DNA of 64,000 nt from an uncultured Methylomirabilota bacterium (GCA_963845565.1 CAWJSJ010000002.1:576001-640000), one strand, 5' to 3'. Positions 20,445 to 33,220 are shown, numbered from the stretch's first letter. Notes: generated by a model not told the origin, from the letters alone. Program-made: numbers and translations.

Positions 20445-21548
20445 ATGCATATCCGGGTTGAGCGAGATGCTTTCGTCGAAGCCCTCGGGCCCGTACAAAG
20501 TGTCGTTGAGGTCAAAAAAGCCCTCCCGATTCTCTCCCATGTGTTACTCCACTCGGAAGCTGACCACCTGTCTTTATTTGGAACAGATCTGGATGTCGGC
20601 CTTCGGCGGCAAATCAAAGCGGAGGTTATCAAACCGGGAGCCGTGACACTTTCCGCGAAAAAACTGTACGAGGTCGTCAAGGAACTTCCATCAACCACCA
20701 TAGAATTACATGCGGATCCAGACCTTCAAGTCGCCATCTCGTGCCAGCGGTCTAGTTTTCGGATGAAGGGGTTGACGCGTGAGGAGTTTCCCTCTCCTCC
20801 CGACCTGCGCGAGGGTGACGAGTTACTCCTCTCTGCAAAATTGTTCCGTGATTTGCTTCGGAAGACGCTCTTTGCAGTTTCGTCAGACCAAACACGCTAT
20901 GCCCTGACGGGAGTCCTTCTTCAGGCTCAATCCAGCGCGCTGAATATGGTAGCCACCGACGGGCACCGGCTCGCATTGGTGCGCATGATTCGTCCTGAGA
21001 CCTCCGGTACCGCCGTTATTGATGCACTGATCCCCAAAAAAGCAATGGTTGAAGCGGCAAAGATCGCGCGCGAAGAATTGGGTGATGTGAGGATCCGCCT
21101 CTCCGACAATCAAATCATCTTACAACAAGATACCACCACCCTGGTCGCGCGCTTGATCGATGGACAATTCCCAAACTACGACCAGGTTGTTCCATCAACG
21201 ACCCCGAGTGAGATCAACATCGCGAAAGACGTTCTGCATGGAGCGCTCCGCCGGACGTCAGCGATCATGGGAGAAAGGACAACACCAACCGAGTTTGATT
21301 TTCAAAAAGGGCGGCTTCTGGTGAGTTGTGTGAATATGGACTTGGGCGAGGCCCATGAAGAGGTCGAGGTCGCGTACGCCGGCGAAGGAGTCAAAATCGG
21401 TTTTAACGCACGCTATATCATGGACTTCTTATCGGCGGTGGATTCGGAACAAATCACCATACACCTTACCGACCCGTTAAGCCCGGCTATTTTTAGAGCC
21501 GCGGGGGATGACCGGTATAGTTGCGTTATTATGCCGATGCGGATTTGA
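20445..21548 (+). CDS. dnaN: DNA polymerase III beta sliding clamp
   Basis: LPILSHVLL, ATDGHRLA, RLIDGQFPNY, GFNARY and IMPMRI motifs. Confidence 0.97.
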   Translation: MHIRVERDAFVEALGPVQSVVEVKKALPILSHVLLHSEADHLSLFGTDLDVGLRRQIKAEVIKPGAVTLSAKKLYEVVKELPSTTIELHADPDLQVAISCQRSSFRMKGLTREEFPSPPDLREGDELLLSAKLFRDLLRKTLFAVSSDQTRYALTGVLLQAQSSALNMVATDGHRLALVRMIRPETSGTAVIDALIPKKAMVEAAKIAREELGDVRIRLSDNQIILQQDTTTLVARLIDGQFPNYDQVVPSTTPSEINIAKDVLHGALRRTSAIMGERTTPTEFDFQKGRLLVSCVNMDLGEAHEEVEVAYAGEGVKIGFNARYIMDFLSAVDSEQITIHLTDPLSPAIFRAAGDDRYSCVIMPMRI

Positions 21549-21870
21549 TCCTGAATACGATCGCACCCCTGTTCGGAAGACAGTCGACGGATTCGTGTTT
21601 GTTTCATCCAATAAATCACAGCGCTCAAACAACACGGGGCTGCCGGGTTTTAACGCAACAACTCAAACTCAACACGCCCTTCGGTCTATACAGACACCGA
21701 AAGACCTCTCCGCTTCCGGCGGCGCGCTCTCGGTTTGATTGGATGGTCCCGCCGACCACCCCGGACCATTACACGGTCGGAACGCAAACCGTCTTGGAAA
21801 TGACCGAAACCCGCCCCGCCGGAGCCAGAACGGGCCGGTTTGCACCGGGCGGTCTTTGGTTGCCTTGTGA

Positions 21871-24324
<2,454 letters not shown>

Positions 24325-24388
24325 CGATCCCGGTGCCCGCGCGGACCGGTCCCGTTCCGGCGCCCCGCACCCAGAGAGAGGGCTTCCC

Positions 24389-26887
24389 GTGCCCGAAGAG
24401 AACGACAGCATAGCCCAGCAACGCGTTGGCGAGGTGCACCCCACCGACATCCATGAGGAGATGCGGCGGTCGTACCTCGACTACGCCATGAGCGTCATCA
24501 TCGGCCGCGCCCTGCCCGACGTCCGGGACGGCTTGAAACCGGTCCACCGGCGGGTTCTCCACGCCATGGATGAGATGGGGTTGGCTCACAACCGGCCACA
24601 CCGCAAGGCGGCGCGCGTGGTGGGCGATGTTTTGGGGAAATATCATCCACACGGCGACACGGCCGTCTATGACACCATCGTCCGACTGGTGCAGGACTTT
24701 TCCATGCGGTATCCCCTCATCGACGGGCAAGGGAATTTCGGATCGGTGGATGGGGATGCGCCGGCAGCCATGCGATACACGGAAGTGCGGCTGGCGCGGC
24801 TGGCGCACGAGATTCTGCGCGACATCGACAAGGAGACGGTGGACTTCGTCCCGAATTACGACGAATCCACGGTGGAGCCGGTCGTCCTCCCCACCGTCGT
24901 CCCCAATCTGTTGGTGAACGGCTCCTCTGGAATCGCGGTCGGCATGGCCACCAACATCCCGCCCCACAACCTGGGCGAGGTGGTGGACGCCGTCATCGCC
25001 CACCTCGAGAACACCAACATTACCATCGATGCCTTGATGCAGTTCTTGCCCGGACCCGATTTTCCCACGGCGGCGTATATCCACGGGCGGCAAGGGATAC
25101 TGGACGCCTACCGCACCGGCCGGGGCCTGATCCAGGTCCGAGCCAAAGCCTTTGTCGAGAAGGCGCGAGCGGGCCGCGAGAACATCATCGTCACCGAACT
25201 CCCCTACCAGGTCAACAAGGCCAAGCTGGTGGAGCGCATCGCCGAATTGGTCCGCGAGAAGAAAATCGAAGGGGTCTCGGACCTGCGAGACGAATCGGAC
25301 CGGGAAGGGATGCGGATCGTGCTGGAGCTGAAAAAAGACGAGCCCGCGGTGCCCGTTCTAAATTCGCTCTACAAGCACACGGCGATGCAGTCCACCTTCG
25401 GGGTGATCATGCTGGCGCTGGTGGACAACCAGCCCCGGGTCCTCGACCTGAAGCAGGTCATCGGTTATTTCATCGACCACCGCAAGGTGGTGGTCGTCCG
25501 CCGGACGCGATACGAGCTGCGCCAAGCAGAGGCGCGTGCACACATCCTGGAGGGGTATCGTATCGCCCTGGACCACCTGGACGCCGTCATTCAACTCATC
25601 CGGCGCTCCCGCTCCGTCGACGAGGCGCGCAGCGGCCTGGTGAGCGAGTTCGGCATGAGCGAGATCCAGGCGCAGGCCGTCCTGGATCTGCGGCTGCAGC
25701 GGCTGACCCAGCTGGAGCGGCAGAAGATCCAGGACGAGTACGAAGAAACCATCCGACTCATCGCACGGCTCCAGGCGATTCTCGGGAACGAGGCGCTGGT
25801 GCGGGAGATCATCAAGGAAGAGCTGACCGCGCTCAAGGCGCAGTACGGAGACGCGCGACGGACCCAGATCATGGACGAGACGGCGGATATCTCTTACGAA
25901 GATACGCTGGCCGACGAGGAGATGGTGGTCACCATCAGCCACGGCGGCTATATCAAGCGGAGCCCGCTGGCGATCTACCGCTCGCAGCGACGCGGCGGCA
26001 AGGGCATGACGGGCATGGCGACCAAGGAAGAGGACTACGTGGAGTACCTCTTCGTGGCCACCACGCACAGCCACATCCTCCTGTTCACCAACCTTGGGCG
26101 TGTCCACTGGCTCAAGGTCCACGAGACACCACAGCTCGGCCGGGCGGCCAAGGGAAAGGCCCTGGTCAACTTCCTCCAGGTCCAGCCGGGCGAGATCGTC
26201 ACCGCCATGATCCCCATCCGGCAGTTCGAGATCGGTCGCCACCTGGTCATGGCAACGCGCCGCGGCGTGGTCAAGAAGACGGAGCTTCAGGCCTACTCCA
26301 ACCCGCGCGCCGGCGGCATCATCGCAATCACCCTGGACGAGGGGGACGAGCTGATCGCCGTGCGCCTCACGGGGGGGCAGGACGAGATCTTCCTCGCCAC
26401 CAAGCTGGGCATGGCGATCCGGTTTGGCGAGGAAGAGGTCCGCGCCATCGGGCGGTCCGGCCGGGGCGTGATCGGCATCGCCCTGGAGGCGGGAGACGAG
26501 GTCGTGGCGGCCGAAGTGGTCCGGCCGGGCACCGCGATCCTCACCGTGAACGAGCACGGGTACGGCAAGCGCACCGCGCTCGAAGAATACCGCCTGCAGG
26601 GGCGCGGGGGGAAGGGAATCATCAACGTGCGGGTTGCCGAGAAGAACGGCCCGGTGGTGGGCGCCCTCCAGGTCCAGGAGCAAGATCAGGTCATGATGAT
26701 CTCTCAGGAGGGCAAGGTGAACCGCGTCAACGTCCGGGAGATCAACGTCATCGGTCGGGCCACCCAGGGCGTGCGACTCCAGGGACTCCAGGCCAGCGAT
26801 CGCGTGGCCGCCGTCACCAGCCTGGTGGCGGACGAAACCGACGGCGAGCCGACCGGCACCGACGCAGAACCGGCAGGCGACGCCTAG
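24389..26887 (+). CDS. gyrA: DNA gyrase subunit A
   Basis: DGLKPVHRR, YHPHGD, AAMRYTE and the GyrA-box QRRGGKG. Confidence 0.98.
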   Translation: MPEENDSIAQQRVGEVHPTDIHEEMRRSYLDYAMSVIIGRALPDVRDGLKPVHRRVLHAMDEMGLAHNRPHRKAARVVGDVLGKYHPHGDTAVYDTIVRLVQDFSMRYPLIDGQGNFGSVDGDAPAAMRYTEVRLARLAHEILRDIDKETVDFVPNYDESTVEPVVLPTVVPNLLVNGSSGIAVGMATNIPPHNLGEVVDAVIAHLENTNITIDALMQFLPGPDFPTAAYIHGRQGILDAYRTGRGLIQVRAKAFVEKARAGRENIIVTELPYQVNKAKLVERIAELVREKKIEGVSDLRDESDREGMRIVLELKKDEPAVPVLNSLYKHTAMQSTFGVIMLALVDNQPRVLDLKQVIGYFIDHRKVVVVRRTRYELRQAEARAHILEGYRIALDHLDAVIQLIRRSRSVDEARSGLVSEFGMSEIQAQAVLDLRLQRLTQLERQKIQDEYEETIRLIARLQAILGNEALVREIIKEELTALKAQYGDARRTQIMDETADISYEDTLADEEMVVTISHGGYIKRSPLAIYRSQRRGGKGMTGMATKEEDYVEYLFVATTHSHILLFTNLGRVHWLKVHETPQLGRAAKGKALVNFLQVQPGEIVTAMIPIRQFEIGRHLVMATRRGVVKKTELQAYSNPRAGGIIAITLDEGDELIAVRLTGGQDEIFLATKLGMAIRFGEEEVRAIGRSGRGVIGIALEAGDEVVAAEVVRPGTAILTVNEHGYGKRTALEEYRLQGRGGKGIINVRVAEKNGPVVGALQVQEQDQVMMISQEGKVNRVNVREINVIGRATQGVRLQGLQASDRVAAVTSLVADETDGEPTGTDAEPAGDA

Positions 26888-26905
26888 GGAAAGGACGCGG
26901 GACGA

Positions 26906-28192
26906 ATGCTGGACGCCAAGCTCGTGCGGGAGAACCTAGGGGCCGTGCAGGCCCGGCTGCGAGACCGGGGCCTGGCGCAGGACTTCGGCGAGTTCCTGGC
27001 GGCGGACGAGGGCCGCCGGCGCGTGCTGACGGAGGTGGAACAGCTCAAACATCGCCGGAACACCGTCTCCGAAGAGGTGGGGCGACGGAAGAAGGCGGGC
27101 GAGGATGCAAGCCCGCTGATCGCGGAGATGCGAGTGGCGGGCGACCGGATCAGGGCGCTCGACGACGAGGTGCGGAGACACGAGGAGCGAATCCAGCAGT
27201 GCCTCCTGACGGTCCCGAATCTCCCGCACGCGTCGGTTCCCGTCGGGGCCGACAGCGGCGGGAACGCCGAGGTGCGGCGCTGGGGCCAACCGCGGCAGTT
27301 CGAATTCCCGCCCAAGCCCCACTGGGAGATCGGCGAGGCGCTGGGGATCCTGGATTTCGAGCGAGCCAGCCGGATGGCGCAGGCGCGCTTCACCGTGCTC
27401 CGAGGGCTCGGCGCACGCCTCGAGCGGGCCCTGATCAACTTCATGCTGGACCTGCACACCAAAGAGCACGGCTACACCGAGATTTTTCCGCCGCTCCTGG
27501 TGAACGCCGCCGCCATGACCGGCACCGGCCAACTTCCCAAGTTCGCCGAGGACCTGTTCAAGACGCAAGACGAGTCGCTGTACCTCATCCCGACGGCCGA
27601 GGTCCCGGTCACCAACCTGCACCGGGAAGAGATTCTGCCTCCCGGGACGCTGCCGCTCTCCTACGTCGCCTTCACGCCGTGCTTCCGACGCGAGGCCGGG
27701 TCGTACGGGAAAGACACCCGGGGCCTAATCCGTCAGCACCAGTTCAACAAGGTGGAGCTGGTGAAGTTTGTGGAGCCGGCCCGGTCGTACGAGGCACTGG
27801 AGCAGATGACTCGCGATGCAGAAACGGTCCTGCAGCGCCTGGGGCTACCCTATCGGGTGGTGGCGCTGTGTACCGGCGACATGGGGTTTTCCGCCGCCAA
27901 GACGTATGACTTGGAGGTGTGGCTCCCGAGCCAGACGGGTGGGGGTGGCTATCGGGAAATTTCGTCCATCAGCAACTGCGAGGCGTTTCAGGCTCGCCGG
28001 GCGAGCATCCGTTACCGCCCCGCCCCGAAGGCCCCGGCGGAGTACGCACACACCCTGAACGGATCGGGGGTCGCGGTCGGACGCGCGTTCCTCGCCATCC
28101 TGGAGAACTACCAGGACCCCGACGGCAGCGTGCGAATCCCGGAGGCCCTGCGGCCGTATCTGGACGGGCTTGAGCGCATCGGGAAATCGTAG
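26906..28192 (+). CDS. serS: seryl-tRNA synthetase
   Basis: [26 protein letters not shown] and HTLNGSG motifs. Confidence 0.98.
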   Translation: MLDAKLVRENLGAVQARLRDRGLAQDFGEFLAADEGRRRVLTEVEQLKHRRNTVSEEVGRRKKAGEDASPLIAEMRVAGDRIRALDDEVRRHEERIQQCLLTVPNLPHASVPVGADSGGNAEVRRWGQPRQFEFPPKPHWEIGEALGILDFERASRMAQARFTVLRGLGARLERALINFMLDLHTKEHGYTEIFPPLLVNAAAMTGTGQLPKFAEDLFKTQDESLYLIPTAEVPVTNLHREEILPPGTLPLSYVAFTPCFRREAGSYGKDTRGLIRQHQFNKVELVKFVEPARSYEALEQMTRDAETVLQRLGLPYRVVALCTGDMGFSAAKTYDLEVWLPSQTGGGGYREISSISNCEAFQARRASIRYRPAPKAPAEYAHTLNGSGVAVGRAFLAILENYQDPDGSVRIPEALRPYLDGLERIGKS

Positions 28193-28246
28193 CCCACATT
28201 TCTGCTTCCCTTTCTGGGCCGGGTTCTCTATCATCAGGCCCGCCAA

Positions 28247-28332
28247 GGAGGGGTGGCCGAGTGGTCGAAGGCGTCCCGCTTGAAACGGGATGACCGAAAG
28301 GTCCGTGGGTTCGAATCCTACCCCCTCCGCCA
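28247..28332 (+). tRNA. tRNA-Ser(TGA)
   Basis: GGAGGGG acceptor stem; anticodon arm TCCCG-CT-TGA-AA-CGGGA; long variable arm; GTTCGAATCC; GCCA end. Confidence 0.95.
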
Positions 28333-28425
28333 CACGCGCAGGGAGCGGACGACCACACGGCGGCAAGCGGGTTGATCCAGCTTTGCCGCTCACCAAAAAG
28401 CAGTTGACGGGGTGGCCTGTAAAAC

Positions 28426-28517
28426 GGAGAGGTGGCCGAGCGGCCGAAGGCAACCGCCTGCTAAGCGGTTGGCTGGGTAAAACTGGCCCCCGGGTTCGAA
28501 TCCCGGCCTCTCCGCCA
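28426..28517 (+). tRNA. tRNA-Ser(GCT)
   Basis: Anticodon arm ACCGC-CT-GCT-AA-GCGGT; long variable arm; CCA end. Confidence 0.95.
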
Positions 28518-28630
28518 TCCGCCGGGGCGTTTCCCGGCAGATCAGGCCGAGCAGCAAGCTCTGTTGCGGAGGCGCGACCGCCTCGAGGGCGCGGGTTGCG
28601 CCTTCGATCGCTTTTTGGGCGAGGGGTGCG

Positions 28631-29248
28631 GTGGGTAATTCTGCAGGCGGACCCGTCACGCGACGACTGATCCTACTGGGCGTGGCAGTGGCGATCCCAC
28701 TGGCAGCCGTGGCGCTGTACTTCGCGGTTCTGGTACCGCCCGGTCCGGTCGCCGGGCCGGGCGCGCCGCCGCCGCCGGGGCGGGCCGGCGCCGCCGCCAA
28801 AGGCCTTCCGGCGGACCACCCGCCGATTGGGGGAGCCGGCACGGGCCCCGCGGCCGATCGCACGCATCCGCAAGTGGGCGGCACGGGTCGCGCGGTGCGG
28901 GTGCCGGACGCGATCCGGGGGAAGTGGCAAGCGGTCAGGCTGCAGATCGAGATCAAGGGCGCCGGCCGCGCGGCGCAGCCGTTGGTCGCGAACCTCGGGA
29001 ACGAGGTTGCGGTGCCCGGAAGTGACCTCACGCTCCGCGCCGACGAGTTTCTGCCGGCGCTGCAGGTGAAGGACAACGAAATCACCTCCTTGTCGAACGA
29101 GCCCAGCAACCCCGCGGCGCTGGTGACGATCACGGAGAAGGGGAAGCAGGTCTTCCACGGCTGGCTCTTCAGCAAGTTTCCGGAGATGCAGCCGTTCGAC
29201 CATCCGACGTATAGAATCACGCTGATTGACGGGGTGCCGAAGCGCTAG
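28631..29248 (+). CDS. DUF2155-like membrane-anchored protein (start uncertain)
   Basis: N-terminal TM, LPADHPPI and C-terminal FHGWLFSKFPEMQPFDHPTYRITL. Confidence 0.7.
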   Translation: MGNSAGGPVTRRLILLGVAVAIPLAAVALYFAVLVPPGPVAGPGAPPPPGRAGAAAKGLPADHPPIGGAGTGPAADRTHPQVGGTGRAVRVPDAIRGKWQAVRLQIEIKGAGRAAQPLVANLGNEVAVPGSDLTLRADEFLPALQVKDNEITSLSNEPSNPAALVTITEKGKQVFHGWLFSKFPEMQPFDHPTYRITLIDGVPKR

Positions 29249-29269
29249 GCGCCCCACGTCGGCGGAGAC

Positions 29270-29360
29270 GGAGAGGTACCGAAGTGGTCGTAACGGGCCC
29301 GCCTCGAAAGCGGGTTGGGGGGCAACTCCCACGTGGGTTCGAATCCCACCCTCTCCGCCA
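29270..29360 (+). tRNA. tRNA-Ser(CGA)
   Basis: Anticodon arm CCCGC-CT-CGA-AA-GCGGG; long variable arm; CCA end. Confidence 0.95.
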
Positions 29361-29438
29361 CGAACGCGAGCACGCCCAAAGGGGCGCGGCGGGTCCGCCC
29401 GAGGGTATCGTTCCGCGATGACGCTCCGGCTGGAATGC

Positions 29439-29528
29439 GGAGAGGTGTCCGAGTGGTTGAAGGAGCACGCCTGGAGAGCGTGTGTGGGGGTAACTCCACC
29501 CCGGGTTCGAATCCCGGCCTCTCCGCCA
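29439..29528 (+). tRNA. tRNA-Ser(GGA)
   Basis: Anticodon arm CACGC-CT-GGA-GA-GCGTG; long variable arm; CCA end. Confidence 0.95.
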
Positions 29529-29651
29529 CCTTGCCGGCCCGAGTCGGCGGGGACGGGCAGCCAGGAGAGACGTCGCGACAGCAAGGCGCAGGATAGGGGT
29601 CGGCGAGGGCCACCGCACGGGTGGGCGCCGGACGGTTCGTGTGGCGTTGAT

Positions 29652-29748
29652 GATCGGGTCTCGCGCATGGTAGCCCTGTGAACCCCGCCAGGTCCGGAAG
29701 GAAGCAACGGTAAACAGCGAGCGGCCGGTGCCGCGAGTCCACCCGATC
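29652..29748 (+). ncRNA. ffs: signal recognition particle RNA (core; the transcript may extend 29599-29788)
   Basis: Helix-8 signature GTGAACCCCGCCAGGTCCGGAAGGAAGCAACGGTAAACAG, directly upstream of dnaX. Confidence 0.92.
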
Positions 29749-29810
29749 GGAGTTGCATGGGCCGTCCGGCGCTCGCACTTTCGGCGACGGCGGACGATGT
29801 CAGGAGCACG

Positions 29811-31520
29811 ATGCCCTACGAGGTGATTGCACGGCGGTGGCGGCCGAAGGCCTTCGAGACGATCGTCGGCCAGCGCCATGTCACCGAGACCCTGAAGAAC
29901 GCCATCGCGGCCGACCGCATGGCCCACGCCCTCTTATTCGCGGGGCCGAGGGGGGTGGGCAAGACCACCACGGCGCGGATCGTGGCCAAGGCCCTGAATT
30001 GCGCGTCGGGACCCACGGCGACGCCCTGCGGCACCTGCCCGCCCTGCCAAGAGATCGCGACCGGCCGGTCCATGGACTGCATCGAGGTGGACGCGGCCTC
30101 CAACACCCAGGTCGAGAAGACGCGCGAGCTCCTGGAAACCGTGCAGTATGCCCCTGCGCGCGGCCACCACAAGATCTACATCATCGACGAAGCCCACATG
30201 CTGTCCACCAGCTCCTTCAACGCGCTCTTGAAGACGCTGGAGGAGCCGCCGCCCCGGGTTATCTTCATTCTCGCCACGACGGAACCGCACCGCATCCCGG
30301 CGACCATCCACTCGCGCTGCCAGCGGCACGATTTCCGACTGCTGGGTATCGCGGAGATCGGCGGCCGCCTTCGCGAGATTGTGGAGGCCGAGGGAATCGC
30401 GGCCGATGAAGGCGCCCTGACGGTTCTGTCCCAGGCAGCCGCGGGAAGCCTGCGCGACGCCCAGAGCCTGCTCGACCAGGCGATCGCGTGCTTGGGAAAT
30501 CGTCTGGAAGCCGCCGCGGTCGCCGAACTCCTCGGTCTGGTGCGGTCCGAGGTGCTGGCCGAGGCGGCCGAGGCGATCCTGGGTCGAGAGGCGGGTAAAG
30601 CGCTCCGTCTGGTGGACGAGCTGGCCCGCCACGGCCAGGACCTGCGCCAGTTCGCGGTGGAGCTCGGTTCTCACCTCAGGGATCTGGCCATCCTCAAGGT
30701 CTGCAGCGAGCCGGGAACGCTGCTGGAGGGGGCCCGGGTGGATCCGGCGACCAGCCGACGCCAAGCCGGCGTGGCCAGCCTTTCGGAGCTGGAGGCCATG
30801 CTGCGCGCGCTCCAACAGGCCGAGGCGGAGATGCGGCGGTCGACGCAGCCGCGACTCGTTCTGGAGATGGCGGTCATCCGCCTGACGGAAATCCGGGGCG
30901 TGCGTAGCGTGCAGGGAATCCTGGATCAGTTGGCCACACTGGAGACCAGGCTCGCCGGCCCCCAGGGAGGGGCATCGCGGCCGCCCGTGTTGCCCTTATT
31001 CGACCGGCCAACCGCGAGTCCCGCGGACCCGGCGCCGACCGCGCCAAGCGCCGCGGTGCCGCGTCCCACGCCACAGGCCGTGGAGCCGAATCCGCCCCGC
31101 CAGCGGGTTGAAACGCCGCAACACGACGCGGCCGCTCCGCCCGCCGATATCGCCTCCGGGTGGGACGCCACGGTGGCTCGCCTGAAAGGGCGGAAGCGGC
31201 TCGCCTCGGTCCTGGCGGAGGTTCGCCCCGCCCGCCTGGAGGCGGACCGGCTGGTGCTCAGGGTCCCCAACGGGAACGCCTTCGTGCGCGACACGCTGGA
31301 GGAACACGAAGCGCGGAAGATGCTCGGAGAGACCGCATCGGCGGCCTTTGGCGCGCGGCTCCGCGTGGAATACGAGTTCGCCCCCGCGGAGCCGGCATCG
31401 TCCACGGCGCCCACAAGCGTGGCGGCCGGGGCCGCCGAGACCAGACCACAGGACCACCCCTTGATCCAGGAGGCCCTGAGTCTGTTTGGTGGAACCATCG
31501 TCCGGAACGGGGCGAGCTAG
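29811..31520 (+). CDS. dnaX: DNA polymerase III subunit gamma/tau
   Basis: ARRWRP, GPRGVGKTT, zinc-binding cysteines, IIDEAHML, SRCQ and GSLRDA motifs. Confidence 0.97.
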   Translation: MPYEVIARRWRPKAFETIVGQRHVTETLKNAIAADRMAHALLFAGPRGVGKTTTARIVAKALNCASGPTATPCGTCPPCQEIATGRSMDCIEVDAASNTQVEKTRELLETVQYAPARGHHKIYIIDEAHMLSTSSFNALLKTLEEPPPRVIFILATTEPHRIPATIHSRCQRHDFRLLGIAEIGGRLREIVEAEGIAADEGALTVLSQAAAGSLRDAQSLLDQAIACLGNRLEAAAVAELLGLVRSEVLAEAAEAILGREAGKALRLVDELARHGQDLRQFAVELGSHLRDLAILKVCSEPGTLLEGARVDPATSRRQAGVASLSELEAMLRALQQAEAEMRRSTQPRLVLEMAVIRLTEIRGVRSVQGILDQLATLETRLAGPQGGASRPPVLPLFDRPTASPADPAPTAPSAAVPRPTPQAVEPNPPRQRVETPQHDAAAPPADIASGWDATVARLKGRKRLASVLAEVRPARLEADRLVLRVPNGNAFVRDTLEEHEARKMLGETASAAFGARLRVEYEFAPAEPASSTAPTSVAAGAAETRPQDHPLIQEALSLFGGTIVRNGAS

Positions 31521-31560
31521 CCCGCATTAATCGCGAACGACCCTCGCGAATAATGCGGGC
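31520..31560. repeat. miniature inverted repeat 1 in the dnaX-ybaB spacer
   Basis: GCCCGCATTAATCGCGA...TCGCGAATAATGCGGGC. Confidence 0.65.
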
Positions 31561-31710
31561 TGACTAAGAACCTCGAGGATCGGCGGCCCGGGGCGGATCG
31601 GTCGTCGCCGGTGCACGGTGACGCCGCACCCATCCTGGCGGATGGGTACCCGGTCCGCCCGCCGCCACGTATCCTCCTGCCGTAGGCGGGCGTGGCTGCT
31701 CGTCAGGTAA

Positions 31711-31750
31711 GCCCGGATTATTCTACGAAGGATTCGTGAAAAATCCGGGC
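31711..31750. repeat. miniature inverted repeat 2 in the dnaX-ybaB spacer (related to repeat 1)
   Basis: GCCCGGATTATTC...GAAAAATCCGGGC. Confidence 0.6.
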
Positions 31751-31763
31751 GAGGGAGGTGACG

Positions 31764-32075
31764 GTGGTCGATCTCGGCGATCTGATGAAGCAAGCCCAAC
31801 GCCTCAAGGCGGAGATGGACCGCATCCAGGCCGAGGCGGCAACCAAAACCGTGGAGGGAAGCGCGGGCGGCGGGATGGTGACCGCCGTGGCCAACGGGAA
31901 GGGCGAGCTGCTCTCGATAAAGATTGATGCGGAGGCGGCGCGCGGAGACGATGTGGAGATGCTTCAGGACCTCATCACCGCTGCCGTGAACGATGCCCTG
32001 CGCAAGGCGCGCGAACTCCTGGCTCAGGATGTATCACGGCTCACCGGCGGCCTCAGCCTGCCGGGGCTGCTCTAG
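31764..32075 (+). CDS. ybaB: YbaB/EbfC nucleoid-associated protein
   Basis: LMKQAQRL, GSAGGGMV and EMLQDLITAAVNDA; sits between dnaX and recR. Confidence 0.95.
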   Translation: MVDLGDLMKQAQRLKAEMDRIQAEAATKTVEGSAGGGMVTAVANGKGELLSIKIDAEAARGDDVEMLQDLITAAVNDALRKARELLAQDVSRLTGGLSLPGLL

Positions 32076-32090
32076 CGAAACGGGGATTCC

Positions 32091-32693
32091 ATGTCGGCGA
32101 TGCCGGCCGCGCTGGCGGCCCTGATCGAACACCTAGTCCGACTGCCCGGCGTCGGGCCCAAGACCGCACAGCGCCTCGCCTTTCACATCCTCAAGGCGCC
32201 GCGGGAGGACGCGGCTGCCCTGGCGGAGGCCCTGGTGGGGCTCAAAGACCGGACGCGCCTGTGCCAGTGCTGCTTCAACCTGTGCGAGGCGGACCTGTGC
32301 GGCGTCTGCCTGGACGCGCGGCGCGACGGCAGCCTGCTGTGCGTGGTGGAAGAGATCAACGACCTCATGGCGATCGAGAAGACCCGGGAGTTTCGGGGGC
32401 GGTACCACGTGCTGGGCGGCTCGCTGTCTCCTCTGGACGGCCGCGGGCCGGAGCAGATCCGGGTCAAGGAGCTGCAGGCGCGGCTGGAGTCGAACGAGGT
32501 GCGCGAGGTCATCCTGGCGACCAACCCCAACGTGGAAGGCGAAGCCACCGCCCTGTATCTCCTGCGGGTCCTCAAGCCGTTCGCGGTGAGAGTGACGCGC
32601 ATCGCGCGGGGCCTGCCCATGGGGGGGGATCTGGAGTATGCGGACGAGGCCACCTTGGCCCGCGCCCTGGAAGGCCGCCGGGAAATCGGATAG
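32091..32693 (+). CDS. recR: recombination mediator RecR
   Basis: LPGVGPKTAQRLA, C4 zinc finger, ATNPNVEGEATA and ARGLPMGGDLEYAD. Confidence 0.97.
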   Translation: MSAMPAALAALIEHLVRLPGVGPKTAQRLAFHILKAPREDAAALAEALVGLKDRTRLCQCCFNLCEADLCGVCLDARRDGSLLCVVEEINDLMAIEKTREFRGRYHVLGGSLSPLDGRGPEQIRVKELQARLESNEVREVILATNPNVEGEATALYLLRVLKPFAVRVTRIARGLPMGGDLEYADEATLARALEGRREIG

Positions 32694-32705
32694 GGGGTCG
32701 GCGCC

Positions 32706-33212
32706 GTGGAGACACCCGCAGGGGACCTGATCCTGTTCGCAGAGGAAGAGCAGCGCCTGGCGGCCTCGCTCGATCGGCTCTGCCAAGAGGCCAAGGCGCG
32801 CGCCGCGTTCCTCATCGACCGGAACGGCCGGCTGATTGCCGCATCGGGCCGGGCGGCCGATCTCGACACCACGTCACTCGCCTCGCTGGCGGCCGGAGGC
32901 ATGGCCGCCACGGGAGGCATCGCGCAACTCGTCGGGGAGCGCGGATTCAGCGGGCTGGTCCTCGAGGGCGAACGCTCGCATCTGTATATCGCCATCGTGA
33001 GGGACGACCTCATCCTGGTCGTGCACTTCGACCGGACCTCCTCCGTCGGGCTGGTGCGTTTCCGGGTGAAGTGGGCGAGCGACGAGATCGGCCGAGCGTT
33101 TGCGGCCATGGCCGAACAGTCTCCCACGCGCGCCGACCCAGGCCCAACGGACCTGCAGGCCCAGCTGGCGCAGATTACCGACGAGGACATCGAGAACCTG
33201 CTCTCGATCTGA
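32706..33212 (+). CDS. mglB: roadblock/LC7 protein MglB (GTPase-activating protein)
   Basis: LIDRNGRLIA, TSLASLAAG, TSSVGLVR and the C-terminal ITDEDIENLL helix. Confidence 0.9.
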   Translation: METPAGDLILFAEEEQRLAASLDRLCQEAKARAAFLIDRNGRLIAASGRAADLDTTSLASLAAGGMAATGGIAQLVGERGFSGLVLEGERSHLYIAIVRDDLILVVHFDRTSSVGLVRFRVKWASDEIGRAFAAMAEQSPTRADPGPTDLQAQLAQITDEDIENLLSI

Positions 33213-33220
33213 GGCGACCC

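Noticed and set aside
28247..28332. Possible selenocysteine or suppressor tRNA
   Set aside because: The anticodon is TGA, which reads the Ser codon TCA; it is not TCA. The acceptor stem is a normal 7 bp.
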